A stretch of DNA of 64,000 bases, taken from contig CM126209.1 in NCBI GenBank assembly GCA_052327205.1, forward strand, positions 39,866,001 to 39,930,000. Direction: 5' to 3'. Origin of the DNA: Somniosus microcephalus. Lineage: Eukaryota. This document shows positions 47,461 to 60,918 of this stretch, piece by piece. A program made the translations under genes and the position numbers. Position 1 is the first letter of the stretch. Each line of letters begins with the position of its first letter. The notes beneath the pieces were generated by a model. That model was not told the origin of the DNA, did not search any database, and saw only the letters and a list, made by a program, of their open reading frames with translations.

Positions 47461-47624
47461 GTGGAACTGAGGCACAGACTATGCAACATCTCCTGCAATG
47501 CCCATCGTTAGAGGAACCCTGCACTGTTGCAGATCTTGCCGAATCCAACAACAAGGCGCAAAAATGTGTCCAGTCTGGCTGGGCTATGTATAGACTGTCC
47601 GTGGACACGATAAGAAGAAGAAGA
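47460..47624 (+). mobile_element. Extreme 3' end of a Vingi/Ingi-like LINE
   Basis: CGTEAQTMQHLLQCP zinc-knuckle remnant and a GGACACGAT(AAG)n tail. Clade assignment is tentative. Confidence 0.55.
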
Positions 47625-48649
47625 TTGATAGGAAATCTAAATTTTCCTGAAATTGTTTTCCAATATTTTACCAGATTAATAAAGGGAGGAGGGTGCAATG
47701 ACCTAATTGGTGAGGTGTTTGGCATAAAAAATTAAGAAAGTACAGGGTCGATCTTTGTCTTTAACACCTGGGCATTAGACATTGCCCAGGTGAAGCACAG
47801 AAACGAAAATCTGGCGGGGTGGATCTCACACCCCTTACAGAATCTGTCAGATATCCTTCAACTTAATAGAAAACACCCTCTACATATGCATTAATTAAAT
47901 GTTACACATGATAAGCACATTACAAAAGTGTAGGTGGCAACAGATTTTGAAACACTTGCACTTCTCCCAAAAGTCAAGTTGGCTGTGTTAAGGCAGACTT
48001 TTGAACCTAGACTGCTTGAAAAGTTTCCATAGAAGTACAATTTCCTTTAAAAGAGATATTATCCTCTTTATCCTCTGGTGATCAGCAAGTGGAATGTCAT
48101 GGGCACGTTTAATAAATCTCAGAGGTACTCCCGATGAACCACTGCTTGAACACTTCCAGTTCCTGTCCCTCGGCTCATTTCAGTCTATTTTGTTAAACAA
48201 AAGCCGTTCCATCTAACTATACTAGTCTGCTGGCTCAGGCTGTATCCCACTGATAATGTGTTGCCTGATCTCACGTGGCCTCTAGTTCTGTTCTGTTTAA
48301 CATGTGTAGACTTCACTTTTCAGTTGTACTTTGGAAGGTTTTGTGCTGAAAACCCATTGCTTCTTCACATAGCCTCATAAGATTCTAGACCACTGCAGCA
48401 GGAACCTTCTCCCACTCCAATCTTGATGTCCATCCAGATTATGGTTGTAAAAACCCTTGCTTCATCATGATGCAGTTAGTATCTGCTGTTGTCGGCTGCA
48501 TTGAAGGCACCTTGACCTGGCTTTACTATTCTGCAATTCAAATGCTTTTATGAATCCCCTTCATTTCATCTGGAATAAAGTTGGATTTACTAATGTATCA
48601 ACTACCAGAACATGGACTGGATATGCAGTATCTTCTCTTCCCTGGTTAG

Positions 48650-48845
48650 TAGCATTAAGTCGCTGGTCATTGGGTCAAAATCCTGGAACTCCCTACCTGA
48701 CAACACTGTGGGAGTACCTTCACCACATGGACTGCAGCGGTTCAAGAAGAAGGCCCACCACCACCTTCTCAAGGGCAACTATGGATGGGCGATAAATGCT
48801 GGCCTTGCCAGTGACGCTCATATCCCCAGAATTAATGAAAAAAAA
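48650..48845 (+). mobile_element. 3' tail of the second CR1-group LINE family
   Basis: GSKSWNSLP...QRFKKKAHHHLL; matches 50405-50580. Confidence 0.8.
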
Positions 48846-49719
48846 GTCCAGCTCTGCCAATTCTAGGGCAGATAAGTGCATTTGCTCCTCCTTGTACCAT
48901 CACTGTCTGTCCTTTTCTTTAACCTTATGCTTGTGCAGCTCCCTTTTCTATTGTAACGCTACACATTTCGGGATAATGTTGATGCTCACTTCACTGTATC
49001 ATCACCTCATCCAGTTCAAACACTTTATCCACTTCTTCCGGAGATCTAGTGCTCAGAGTATCTGCAGTTTGTTTCTGATAATTTACTTCAATTTAAACTT
49101 TAAACTGCCTGTTTGGTCTACAAGTAATATTGAACACACTTTAGTTGATACGGTTTGGGCCTTTCCCCAACCACACAGCCTGTTTCCTGTCCTCCATTTT
49201 GAAATATAACAAAGAGCTGCCTCCATTTTTACCTTAGGTATTTAAAAAAACCACATATAAAACACAACCATAAATTTCGCTATTTCTTACAATCCTCGCA
49301 AATACTTTGTTTTCCAGAATCCAGACTATATCAGATTTGAAGACTGTGAATGAAATTTCTTGACAAATATTGCAAAGGTGCAAATGTATGTGAATGAGTC
49401 CCTTGTTCAGTATATACATCTGAATCGGTTCTTTTTTGCTCACAATTTTGAAATGGTTGCAGTCCTATGAATTTATAGAATAGCTTCACTCTATTTGTGA
49501 GTGCACATTTTCCTCTTATTGCTCTTGGATGCAAGGGATTGCCTAGGATCAGCACATAGAAGAAAATTGGATTGGGAATGGGCCCACTCAATTTTCCATC
49601 CAATTAAATTAATGGACAACAATTAGGGCGGGCTCCATTACAGGCGTGAGATTCTGCCCACCGGATTTTTTTCTATGTGCTACATCCAGCCAACCCTTTA
49701 CACCCAAGAGCAATAAACA

Positions 49720-50580
49720 GTGTTCAGTTCCATTCACAACTCCTCAGATAATGAAGCAGTCCATGCCCGAATGCAGCAAGACTTGGACGACATTCAAGCT
49801 TGGGCTGATAAGTGGCAAGTAACATTCGCGCCACACAAGTGCCAGGCAATGACTATCTCCAACAAGCAAGAATCTAACCACCACCCCTTGACATTCAACG
49901 GCATTACCATCGCTGACTCCCCCACCATCAACATCCTGGGGGTCACCATTGATCAGAAACTTAAATGGACCAACCACATAAATACTGTGGCCACAAGAGC
50001 AGGTCAGAGGCTGGGTATTCTGCGGCGAGTGTCTCACCTGACTCCTCAAAGTCTTTCCACAAGTTAGGAGTGTGATGGAATACTCTCCACTTGCCTGGAT
50101 GAGTGCAGCTCCAACAACACTCAAGAAGCAAGACACTATCCAGGACAAAGCAGCCCGCTTGATTGGCACCCCATCCACCACCCTAAACATTCACTCCCTA
50201 AACCACCGGCACATTGTGGCTGCCGTGTGTACCATCTACTAGATGCATTGCAGCAACCCGCCAAGGCTTTGACAGCACCTCCCAAACTCGCTACCTCCAC
50301 CACCTAGAAGGACAAGGGCAGCAGGTGCACGGGAACACCATCACCTGCAAGTTCCCCTCCAAGTCACACACCATCTTGACTTGGAAATATATCGCTGTTC
50401 CTTCATCGGCGCTGGGTCAAAATCCTGGAACTCCCTAATAGCACTGTGGGGGTACCTTCACCTCACGGACTGCAGCAGTTCAAGAAGGCAGCTCAGCACA
50501 ACCTTCTCTAGAGCAATTAGGGATGGGCAATAAATGCTGGTCTTGCCAGCGACGCCGACATCCCATGAGTGAATAAAAAA
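49720..50580 (+). mobile_element. CR1-group LINE 3' fragment (second family)
   Basis: QQDLDDIQAWADKWQVTFAPHKC...ILGVTIDQKLKW, ending in gaataaaaaa. Confidence 0.85.
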
Positions 50581-51132
50581 ATGCTACACATTTTGCTTTA
50601 TGAAGAGGCCTCATCATGGAAGCCCCAAGGACAGCAGGAGGATCAGACAAAGGAGTAGTGGCAGCCTAAAGTGGATGTGGAGAAGAATCCATTGTCAACT
50701 CCAAGAGACATTTGTGCCACTCTCCTACAGGAGATCTTCTCTCAACTTTGCCATTTGGCCACTGCATTAACTCTTCCCTCCACAAAGATGTCACCATCTG
50801 CAGCTCCTTCTCTGTTCTCAACAACTCAGTATCCTCCCTGTTGATGGTACCTAATGTAACCAAATTGTTCAAAAACTAAGGGGTCAATTTTAACTCGGGT
50901 GCGGGAATTGTCGGGTTCCCCGAATTTAGTGTTTCCCACACGAATTTAAATGGGTCTGTGAGATTGATGCAATTTTAACTCAATTGGCCAATTGATTTCC
51001 AACGTGTGGGAACCCTTGGCAATTGAGTATTTCCAGTCAGAAAGTCGCAAAATATGACATCATCATTGCTGCTGCTTTTAAGGTTTCAGCAAGCCATGCA
51101 TCTTCTGTAGGCTTCCAAACTTTACCATTAAG

Positions 51133-54100
51133 ATGGCACGGGAGCCTGCAGGAGCAATGGCCAGCGGGAGGGCAAGAGCTGCCCCAAAATTTGATGAGGC
51201 TTCACTCCAGGCATTGCTGGATGGTGCTAGGGCCCACAGGGAGGTCCTGCTCCCTTCTTCAGGGAGGAAGAGGCCTCCCAGTCAGACCAAGGCTGTGTGG
51301 CTACAGGTGGCTGGGGAAGTCAACTCCTTGGGGCTCACACGGCGCACCTGGATGCAGTGCAGGAAAAGATTCCATGACCTTCATCGCACTGGAAAAGTAA
51401 GTATGAAGTTTCCATCATCCTCAATCTGATCCCCATTGCCTTTCCTCACCAGCACTCAGCTTTAGCAATCTCTTCCTCCACATCCCACTTGACACTCACA
51501 TCCATGCACCCTTAGCCATTCCCTCTCTCTCTATGCTCACATTCACCTAACTAATCGACCATGCAGCCCTCACACTCCCTCTCACTCTGATGCTTTGAAC
51601 ACAACTGACAACACACAGGGAGGGCCCTTGGTCTTGCAACCTCACTCCATCTTTGTCTCCTTTTAAGTATCTATGCTATGCAATCTCTACACTCCTTCAT
51701 TCTCACTCAACCTTCACTTGTCTCCCTCATTGCAGGAGAAGAGAGCTCACAACAGGAGAGAGCGAGCCAGGACAGGAGGAGGGCCACCCTCATCAGCCCA
51801 GCTCATCCCCTGGGAGGAAGCCGTCCTGGAGATTGTCGGGGCTGACAGAGATGCGGAAGTTGGGGAAGGACAGACAGGTGCATCCCTGCAAGCTGGTGAC
51901 AGAATAGTTTTCCATCTCATTGGCATTGCATGAGTAGCTGATAATGATTCTGAAGCTACATCATATGGACTTATGATCATCTGCAAAATGCAATGTGCAT
52001 GTAACCTTGGCATCACATCTCTAACTTTTTCCTTGACTCTCCCACAGGACCATCGAGAGCTCCCGTCCCCAGCGTGCAGGAGGAAGAGCCTGAGATTCCA
52101 GACTCCTTCAGAGTAATCTGCAACCTCTGAGGGCGCAGCATCAGCAGAAATAAGTGCACCCAGCACCAGCGCAGACACTCACACCTCGGTGGGACCTTCG
52201 GGACATAGAGTAGAGTTGTCACCTGGTGTATCACAGCTTAAAAGTGAGCATCAGCAGATTGTGGAGACAGGGACAGCGGTGGAGAGTCCTCGTCGGAGGG
52301 CGCAGGACTCTGCCAGCTCGGCTCAGCAGCATGTCGACCCTCTGCCTCTGGGTCCATCCGTAAGATCAGAGGTGATGGAACTCCATGCACAGATGCAGGA
52401 GTCTCTGGCAGGTTTTGTCTCCAGGGTCGCTGCGAGTGTGGAGTGAATGGAGGAGTCCATAGCGAACATGAGCAGAGCCTTTGTGGAGTCAGTGGCGCAT
52501 GAACGCATCAACACAAAGAATGGCTACCTACTTGGAAATGATTGCTGCCTCCGTGGTAAGGCTGGCTACCGTAGAGGAGAGGATGGCTATGGTAGAGGAG
52601 AGGAGGGCTACGGTAGAGGAGAGGAGGGCTACGGCCATGGAGGAGGTTAGTCGCCAGGGTATGGAAAACATGGTGGCCTTGATTTTCATTGGGCCGTAAG
52701 GCCGGCTTTTAGGCGTGCAGGGGGGTTAAAATCGCAAAACCTAGGGGTCGTGACCCCCCCCTCGCCTGGTTCCTGCCTCCACGCCATTTTAACCTAGGTG
52801 TGTCTGATTGACCCGAATCAGTCCTGCCTGCAACAGGCAGGACTGGTCTTTAGGGCCCTTAAACAGCACTGATTGGCCTTTATAATCCCATTTTAACAGG
52901 CCCTTGCCTGTTTAACCCTTTTCGCACGTAAAACGCGCCTGGTAGGGATGACGCCTGTGAAACCTGGCGTGAACACTATTGGCTTGCTGACTATCAGCTG
53001 CAGGTCCAACATTAAAGAGGAGATTTGATCAGTCATCATTTGCAGGTGGCAGGACTTTGTTGTCTCAGGTCTGGGGGAACTTTTACCAGGCCTAACCACA
53101 CCTGTGGAAGGTTGAAGCCTCACATACACCTCCAGTGTGACCTCCTGGGAAACCCCGCTCACCACCTTCACTCAGCGCTTCCTCAACGGAGTCATACACC
53201 AGAAGCATGGGAGCCATTTATTTCCTTCCTTTCTGAGCATTAGATGAGCTCGAACACCAGCTGCGGCACCAGCAGAACCAGGAACAACAGCAGCAGCAAC
53301 AGGAGCGCCAGGCTGCTGCTCACCCACCTGAAGCTGCACAGGCCAGAAGGGGCCAACGCTTGCAAGTGGCTTGAGAGCACCTTGCTGCACATCAGGGGGG
53401 CCATGGGGACCCGTATCTGCACTGGCAGTCCTACTCAGAAGGTCTGGTTTCTCTGTTCAATAGATGCCCATTGCTCCTCAAGAGATGTCATTCTATTATG
53501 AACACTCACCATGTTTTCCATACCCTGGCGACTTATCTCCTCCATGGTGGTTGCCATCCTTTCCATGGTGATGCATTCATGCGCCAATGACGCCACAAAG
53601 GCTCTGCTCATGTTCGCGATGGACTCCTCCATTCACTCCACACTCGCAGCTACCTTGGAGACAAAACCTGCCAGAGACTCCTGCATCTGTTCCTGGAGTT
53701 CCAGCACCGCTGATCTTATGGATGGACTCAGAGGCAGAGGGTCGACGTGCAGCTGAGCCGAGCTGGCAGAGTCCTGCGCCCTCCAACTAGGACTCTCCAC
53801 TGCTGTCCCTGTCTCCACAATCTGCTGATGCTCACTTGTGAGCTGTGATACACCAGGTGACAACAATACTCTATGTCCCGAAGATCCCACCGAGGTGTGA
53901 GTGTCTGCGCTGGTGCTGGGTGCGCTGAATTCTGCTGACGCTGCACCCTCAGAGGTTGCAGATTCCTTTGAGGAGTCTGGAAGCTCAGGCTCTTCCTCCT
54001 GGACAGTGGGGACGGGGGTTCTCGATGGTCCTGTGGGGAAGTGAAGGAAAGAGTTGGAGATGTGAGGTCAAGGTTACATTCACATTGTATATTGCAGATG

Positions 54101-55330
54101 ATCATAGGTCCATCTGTTATAGCTTCAGAATCATTATCAGCGAGTCATGCAATGTCAATGAGAGAGATGGAAAACTATTCTGCCACCAGCTTGCTGTGAT
54201 GCACCCGTCTGTCTGTCCCCCACTAGCGCCTCATCCTCCAGTCCTACGATCTCCAGGATCGCCTCCTCCCAGGGGGTGAGGTGGGCTACTGATGGTGACC
54301 CTCCTCCTGTCCTCGCTTCTCTTTTATTGTGAGCTTTCTTTTCCTGCACTGCAACCACCTTCTTCGTGTGAGCCCCATGGAGTTGACTTGACCTGCCACC
54401 TGTAGCCACAGAGCCTTGGTCTGACTGGGAGGCCTCTTCCTCCCTAAAGAAGGGAACAGGGCCTCCCTGTGGGCCCTAGCACCATCCAGTGATGCCTGGA
54501 GTGAAGCCTCATCAAATTTGGGGGCAGATCTGGCCCTCCCGCTGGCTGTTGCTCCTGCAGGCTCCTGTGCCATCTTAATGGTGAAGTATGGGAGCCTGCA
54601 AAGGAAGCAAGGCTTGCTGTGGACCTTAGAAGCAGCAGTAATGACGTCATATTCTGCAACTTTCTGACAGGAAATACTCAATTGCCAAGGCTTCCCACAT
54701 GCTGGAAATCAATTGGCCAATTGTGTTAAATTTGCATCAATCTCACAGACCCATTTACAATCGTGTCGGAATCACTAAATTCAGGGAACCCGCCAATTCC
54801 CTGCACCTGAACTAAAATCGAGCCCAGTGAGTGTTCAGAATAGAATGACATCTCTTGAGGAGCGATGGGCATCTATTGAACAGAGAAATCAGACCTTCAT
54901 GGAAGTCCTTCTGAGTAGGACTGCCATTGCAAATATGGGTCCCCATGGCCCCCCTGATGTGCAGCAAGGTGCTCTCAAGCCACTTGCAGGCACTGAGGGG
55001 GACCTGACCCATGAGAGGGAGGTTGGTGGCAGACCTCAAGGAAGTGGGGGCTCCTCTCCAAGCGCTCACACTTACATGCCACTGCAGAGCCCTCGGTCAG
55101 AGCCCCGCCGGAGTCCACACCCAACTGAGATAGACGTCTCAACTCCTGCACAGCTGCAGGAGCAGCAGACTGCTGACGAGCCCTCACAGGCTCGCCACCC
55201 CAGAGGACGCCCGCCAAAGGTGTCGAGACAGGAGCAGCAGGAAAGTGAGCAAGGGGCCTCCACATCTGCTGAAGCCACAGGGGAACCACTACATAGGAGC
55301 ACGCGTAACAGGAAAATAAAGCACAAATAG
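51133..55330 (+). pseudogene. Harbinger Myb/SANT gene, disrupted
   Basis: Exon 1 RAAPKFDEASL...WLQVA...QCRKRFHDL ends AAA|gtaagt. Later exons begin near 51736 and 52048 and contain stops; the gene is split by the 52675 insertion. Confidence 0.85.
52675..54825 (-). mobile_element. Internally deleted copy of the same Harbinger family inserted in inverted orientation
   Basis: Ends GGCCTTGATTTT / AAAATCGAGCCC with GGT/AGT flanks. 53360-54825 is an inverted homologue of the host element; the host sequence resumes at 54829. Confidence 0.9.
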
Positions 55331-56277
55331 TCACAAGGGTAGTCACTTGGGTGAAATGTGTATTTTGTAAAAATGCCATCAGTTGTTTTTTTTGCATAAA
55401 AATTCTGATGGCAACTGCTGCAGTTCTGGCGTGTGTCATTTCACGAATGGGGCTTTCACATTGAGGGCTTAGGATTACTTGCAGTTGTCAGGATTGTAAT
55501 GTATATACCTTTAAGGGGGGAACTACTTTTTACAGCTCATGTATACTGCAGTACCAGCAGTGACCACACCTGTATATAGCACTGAGTAGTAATCTGTACA
55601 GACCAGTTCCCGTGTGAGCCACGTTGAGTAAACACCTGTTACACCGTTCTCCTGCAGTCTGTGTCTTATTATACACAGACACAACATTGGCGACAAGGCA
55701 AGTTCGAACCTACCTTCAACTCTGCATCACCTCCCGGGGATTCGTTCCTGGAGATCAGTGGATTGGAGGTCAAGGCCAGAGACTCGGGCGTTGACCATGG
55801 GCAACCGCCCAGTCATCCAGCAGAGACTCGAGAATTGCGGGGGAGGCTGTCGAGAGCCAGGCTTAGCTTTCCAGTCGAGGTGGTCCAGCGAAACGGGCTG
55901 GCAACAGGTAGTGCGCAGACCTTTCCCGGACAGCGGTGGGCTGGAGCCCGACCGAGCGGCACAGCAAAGGGCCGAGCAGCGTCGACGGGGGAGAGAGAGA
56001 GGGCAGAGCGCACAGGGCGCAGTCAGTGTTCAGGGGCCAAGCAGCGTCAAAGAGAGGGAGAGAGAGACGCGCAGAAACCCGCGAGGCGCCGCCATTGCCA
56101 CGAGGACCGCCGACGGCGGCGTTGGCAGCAGCGCAGGAGAAGCGCGCGAAACCTACAGGGCGCCACCATTGCCATGAGAACCGCCGGGAGCGGCGTTGGC
56201 AGCAGCGGGGAAGGAAGGAAAGCGCGGGAGACGCCATTTTAAGCCATTGGGAGACACCATTTTAAACCACACCCAAA

Positions 56278-59200
56278 ATGCCGAAGAGTGGCAGTATCAC
56301 CGCATTTGACAATGAAGTCGAAGATTGGACTACATAATGTCGAACGAATAGAGGTATACTGCAAGGCAAATGAGGTGTCAGATGACAAGAAAGCGTCGGT
56401 ATTGTTAAATTTAATGGCTGCAAAGACGTATGGTTTATTATGAAATCGAGTAACCCCAACGAAGCCAATGGAAAAGAGTTTTGAAGACATAGTAATGATA
56501 CTACAGGAACATTTAAACCCCACACCGCTGCTGATAGCAGAAAGATTCAAGTTTCACAAACGGAACCAGCATAAGGATGAAAGCAATGCTGATTATTTAA
56601 CAGAACTGCGCAAACTATCGAAACACTGCCAGTTTGGAGCGGGACTGGCAGATACCTTAAGGGACAAGTTTGTGTGTGGGCTTCAAAGTGAAGGAACCCA
56701 GAAACGGCTTTTATCTGAAAAGGACCTTACGCTGGAAAAGGCTTTCAGCATTGCGGTATCATATGAAGCAGCAGCACGGGGCGCTGCAGAGATACAACAG
56801 AGACCGCAAGAATATGGCACAAACGAAATGTCATATGGAACAGAGAAGTGCTGTCGCTGCGGCAGAACAACACACGACCAGAATGATTGCTGGTTCAAAG
56901 ACAAAGGCCTAGAAATTCAGTGCCCTTAGCGCCGATTTTGCGGCGCTAGAGGGCCTAGCGCTGCAATTGGCGCCGAAATTGCCTGGGGCCCTTCCGCCGC
57001 GGTAGACCGGTAGCGCTGCGCCGGCACCGATGACGTCATCGGTGTGCGCAGCGTCCCGGTTGCCATGGCGACGGGCCCCAGCGCCGAAATTCAGTTGCGG
57101 CCGCCTCGCCCGTGGCAGCCGCAACTAAGACTCTGGCAACAGAGTCTTACCTGACTTTGCGCCGGCGCATTAAAGGCCCCGCGGCGGCCGGCCGCTTTCC
57201 CGCCGGCCGCCTGGCAGCAGCTCCCTCCCCGGACTTCCCCCCCCCCCCCCCCCCCGGAACAGAAGCAAGCCCGGCACTTGTCCGAGGTGCCGGGCTCATT
57301 TTTAAAACGATTTTCGCGGGCCGCGGCCGGGTGCAGGCAGCTCCTCCTTAAGGGAAGGAGGAGGCCTGCACTTCCCGAACCTGCCGCACCGCAGCGGGCG
57401 CCACAGCGCCGGAATAGCGCCGATATTCAGCGCGTAGCGCCAGTTTTCAGGCACAAACACCTCTCAGCAGCGCCGGCAGCCGTTTGGGCCCAGAACTATT
57501 GAATTTTGGGCCCGACCAGCGCGACTTAGCTCCGGCACTAACTTCCGGCGCTAAAGCCCTGGCTGCGCCAAAACTCAATTTCTAGGCCAAAGTGTGCAGA
57601 CAGTGTGGAAAAGTAGGACACATAGCACGAGTCTGCAGGTCGGGAAAGAAAACCAGCAATAAGAAACCTGCCAAAGGAAAGTACAAGAAGGTACATAAGA
57701 TGACGGAGAATAGTTCAGACGAACAAAAGAGTGATAACGACTCCAAAAGCAGGGAACTGAGTTGTCTGAAACTACATAATGTGATCACAATGGAGGATCA
57801 CCGAACCATTTGGGTCACTCTCAAGATAGCAGGAGTCCAGGTAAAGATGGAATTGGACACAGGATCAGCCCTAACAGTCATAAACCGACGGGACTACGAG
57901 CGGCTACTCTCACACATACCCTTGAGAGACACAAAAATTATTTTGAAGATGTACACGGGGCAAAAAGTCTACCGCAAAGGAAAAATAAGGGTGACCGTTA
58001 TATATAACGGTAAGGAAACACCAAAACTAGACCTGTATGTATTGCAAGATGGAGGACCACCATTACTGGGACGTGAATGGATCCGGAAAATACAACTGGA
58101 TTGGCATTCCACACAGACAATGACTATGGCTGACAAAAAGGATGACGACGTCACACCTGGGCGACTGTCAAAGATCCTAACTGACGCGAAAGAAGTGTTC
58201 CAGCAAGGACTCGGAACACGAAAAGGCATGTCAGCGACGATTAAAATTGAAGAAAACGCAAGCCCAAAAGTTTTTAAGGCCAGACCGGTACCTTATGTGA
58301 CCCGCCCAGCCGTCGAAGCAGAGCTGGAGAGTCTGGAACGTTCAGGTGTACTGTCCAAGGTAGACTGGAGCGAGTGGGCTACACCCATCGTCCCTGTCAT
58401 GAAAAAGTCGTTGAGCAGCACGCCTGCGGAACCAAGGAAGGTTCGCATCTGTGGGGACTTTAAGGTAACAGTGAACCCAGTCCTTCAAACCGTACAATAT
58501 CCACTTCCGCGGATTGAAGATATTTTCGCCTCGCTATCTGGAGGGAAACACTTCACTAAGATTGATCTGGCCCAGGCGTATCTGCAAATGGAGGTAGAAG
58601 AAGCATCAAAAAAATACCTCACAATCAACGCCCATAAAGGTCTCTACCAATACAACCGGCTGGTATTCGGGGTAGCATCAGCTCCGGCTATTTGGCAGAG
58701 GGCAATGGAACAAGTCCTGCAAGGGATCCCAGGGACCCAGTGTTATTTGGACGACATCCTGGTCACGGGCGAAAATGACAGTGATCACCTTGCCAACCTG
58801 GAGCAGGTGCTCAATAGATTGCAGGAATATGGGCTCCGAGCTAACCGCCCCAAATGCGAGTTTTTTAGAAAACAGATCTTGTATTGTGGCCATGTTATCG
58901 ATAAAGAGGGGTTCCATAAGTCCCCAGAGAAGATTGAGGCAGTAGTCAAGGCTCCAGCACCGGAAAATGTGTCACAACTGAGGTCGTTCCTCGGGCCGGT
59001 AAACTACTACCATAAGTTCTTGCCAAATTTGTCTATAATACTACACCCACTGAACACCCTACTGCAAACTGGGGTGCCATGGAAGTGGAGTGACGAATGT
59101 AGACAAGCTTTCCAGAAGAGCAAAACACTAATCACATCGAAAGAGGTATTGGCCCATTACAACCCGGCATTACCAATTCGGTTGGCATGTGATGCGTCAC

Positions 59201-60918
59201 CCTACGGCATTGGAGCGGTGCTGTCGCACAAATTCTCAGACGGCTCAGAGAGGCCAGTAGCCTTTGCGTCACGATCACTAACCTCAGCCGAGCGTAACTA
59301 CGCCCAGATTGACAGGGAGACCCTCAGCCTAGTGTGGGGAGTGAAAAACTTCAATCACTATCTGCACGGGCAGAAATTCACCTTGCTGACTGATCACCAG
59401 CCTCTTGTCTCCATTTTTAATCCGAAGAAGGGCGTTCCGGTGATGACTGCGCAACAACTACAAAGATGGTCACCTTTTCTAGGGGCGCACCACTATGAGA
59501 TTGAATATAAGGGCACGAAACAGCATCGAAATGCTGATGGGCTATCACGCCTGCCACTGCCTACTGCGGAGGAAGCACCAGCAGTGGATCCTGTCGAAAT
59601 ATTCCATTCGATTATAGTTGAATACCTACCGGTAACTAACGCTTGTATCGAAAAGGAAACCCGAAATGACCCGACACTGTCTCGGGTATATGATTTGACG
59701 GTGAAGGGATGGCCAGCACATGGCGACTCACTGTTGCCAGCATTCTCGACAAGGAGAGAACAGCTGTCAGTGTGCTGGGGGACCTTGATGTGTGGATCCC
59801 GAGTGGTAATTCCACCCAAGTTAAGGGATAGAGTGCTCAATGAGCTTCATGAGGGTCATCTGGGAGGGGTAAAAATGAAAAGCCTAGCCAGGGCTTATGT
59901 GTGGTGGCCGGGAATCGATAAACAAATCGAGGACCTGACCAAGAGCTGCTCAGGATGCCAGAAAGTCCAAAATGCACCACCACAGGCCCCTCTACACCCA
60001 TGGGAGTGGCCCTCATCTCCATGGCAACGGGTGCATATTGATTTTGCTGGTCCATTCATGGACTCAATGTTTTTAATAGCCGTGGATGCGCACTCGAAAT
60101 GGCCTGAGGTCATCAAAATATCCTCCACCACCACGGAGAAAACTATTGCAGTCCTACGGACCATTTTTGACAGGAATGGCTTGCCGGAACAGATTTGCTC
60201 CGACAACGGACCACAGTTTGTGTCCGAAGAGTTCCGGAGGTTCTTGAAAAAGAATGGGGTAAGGCATTACACATCCGCCCCATATCATCCAGCCACAAAT
60301 GGATTGGCTGAGAGGTTCGTACAAACCTTTAAGAAAGCAATAAAGGCTATGTACAATGACAACATTCCGCTGCAGCACAAGGTGGACAATTTCCTGTTCG
60401 CCTACCGGAATGCGACACATGCAGTCACCAACCAGGCCCCAGCCATGATGTTCTTTAACTGAAGGTTAAGATCTCGCCTGGATTTGCTCAGACCAAACAT
60501 ACGAAGAGATGTTGAGAGTAAGCAATTCCAGCACATCCATGAGAAGCCAACAAGGAGCTTCAATGTAGGGCAACCAGTCTTGGCCCGCGACTACCGAAGA
60601 GAAAAATGGCAGCCAGGAACGATATGCATATGGCAGGGCCCACTAATGTACACAGTGGACGTTGGGGAGAGCATCGTGAGACGCCATGCTGACCAGATCC
60701 TAGAGTCACAGGAACAAGTCAACCCCATGCCTCGCCCATACGTACCTGGTGATGAACCCGACGTACAGGTCGCATCTACCCCAGAAACAGTAGCATCGGA
60801 ATTTGATGAACCAACCGACGACAGGGGGCCAGAATCGCCTCCGCACCAAGAGCAAGACACTCGGGAAAGGCGCTATCCAGAAAGGATCAGGAAGCCTCCC
60901 CAAAGACTGAATATATAA
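56278..60918 (+). pseudogene. Single gag-pol ORF (two zinc knuckles, PR ELDTGS, RT YLDD, RNase H, HHCC-DDE integrase), inactivated
   Basis: Frameshift near 56337, TGA at 56441, MITE in gag and TGA at 60460. The 956-aa segment 57592-60462 is still open. Confidence 0.93.
56906..57588. mobile_element. Harbinger-type MITE family B inserted in Gypsy gag
   Basis: TIR GGCCTAGAAATT with AAA target duplication. Removing it restores CWFKDKVCRQC; the second Gypsy reads CWFKDKACRQC. Confidence 0.96.

Noticed and set aside
48040-48545. Possible exon or coding remnant
   Set aside because: The frames I checked were closed and I recognised no motif.
60460-60918. Programmed read-through or env-like ORF after Gypsy pol
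   Set aside because: The downstream frame is the ordinary integrase C-terminus, and the TGA is most simply CGA decay in an already inactivated copy.
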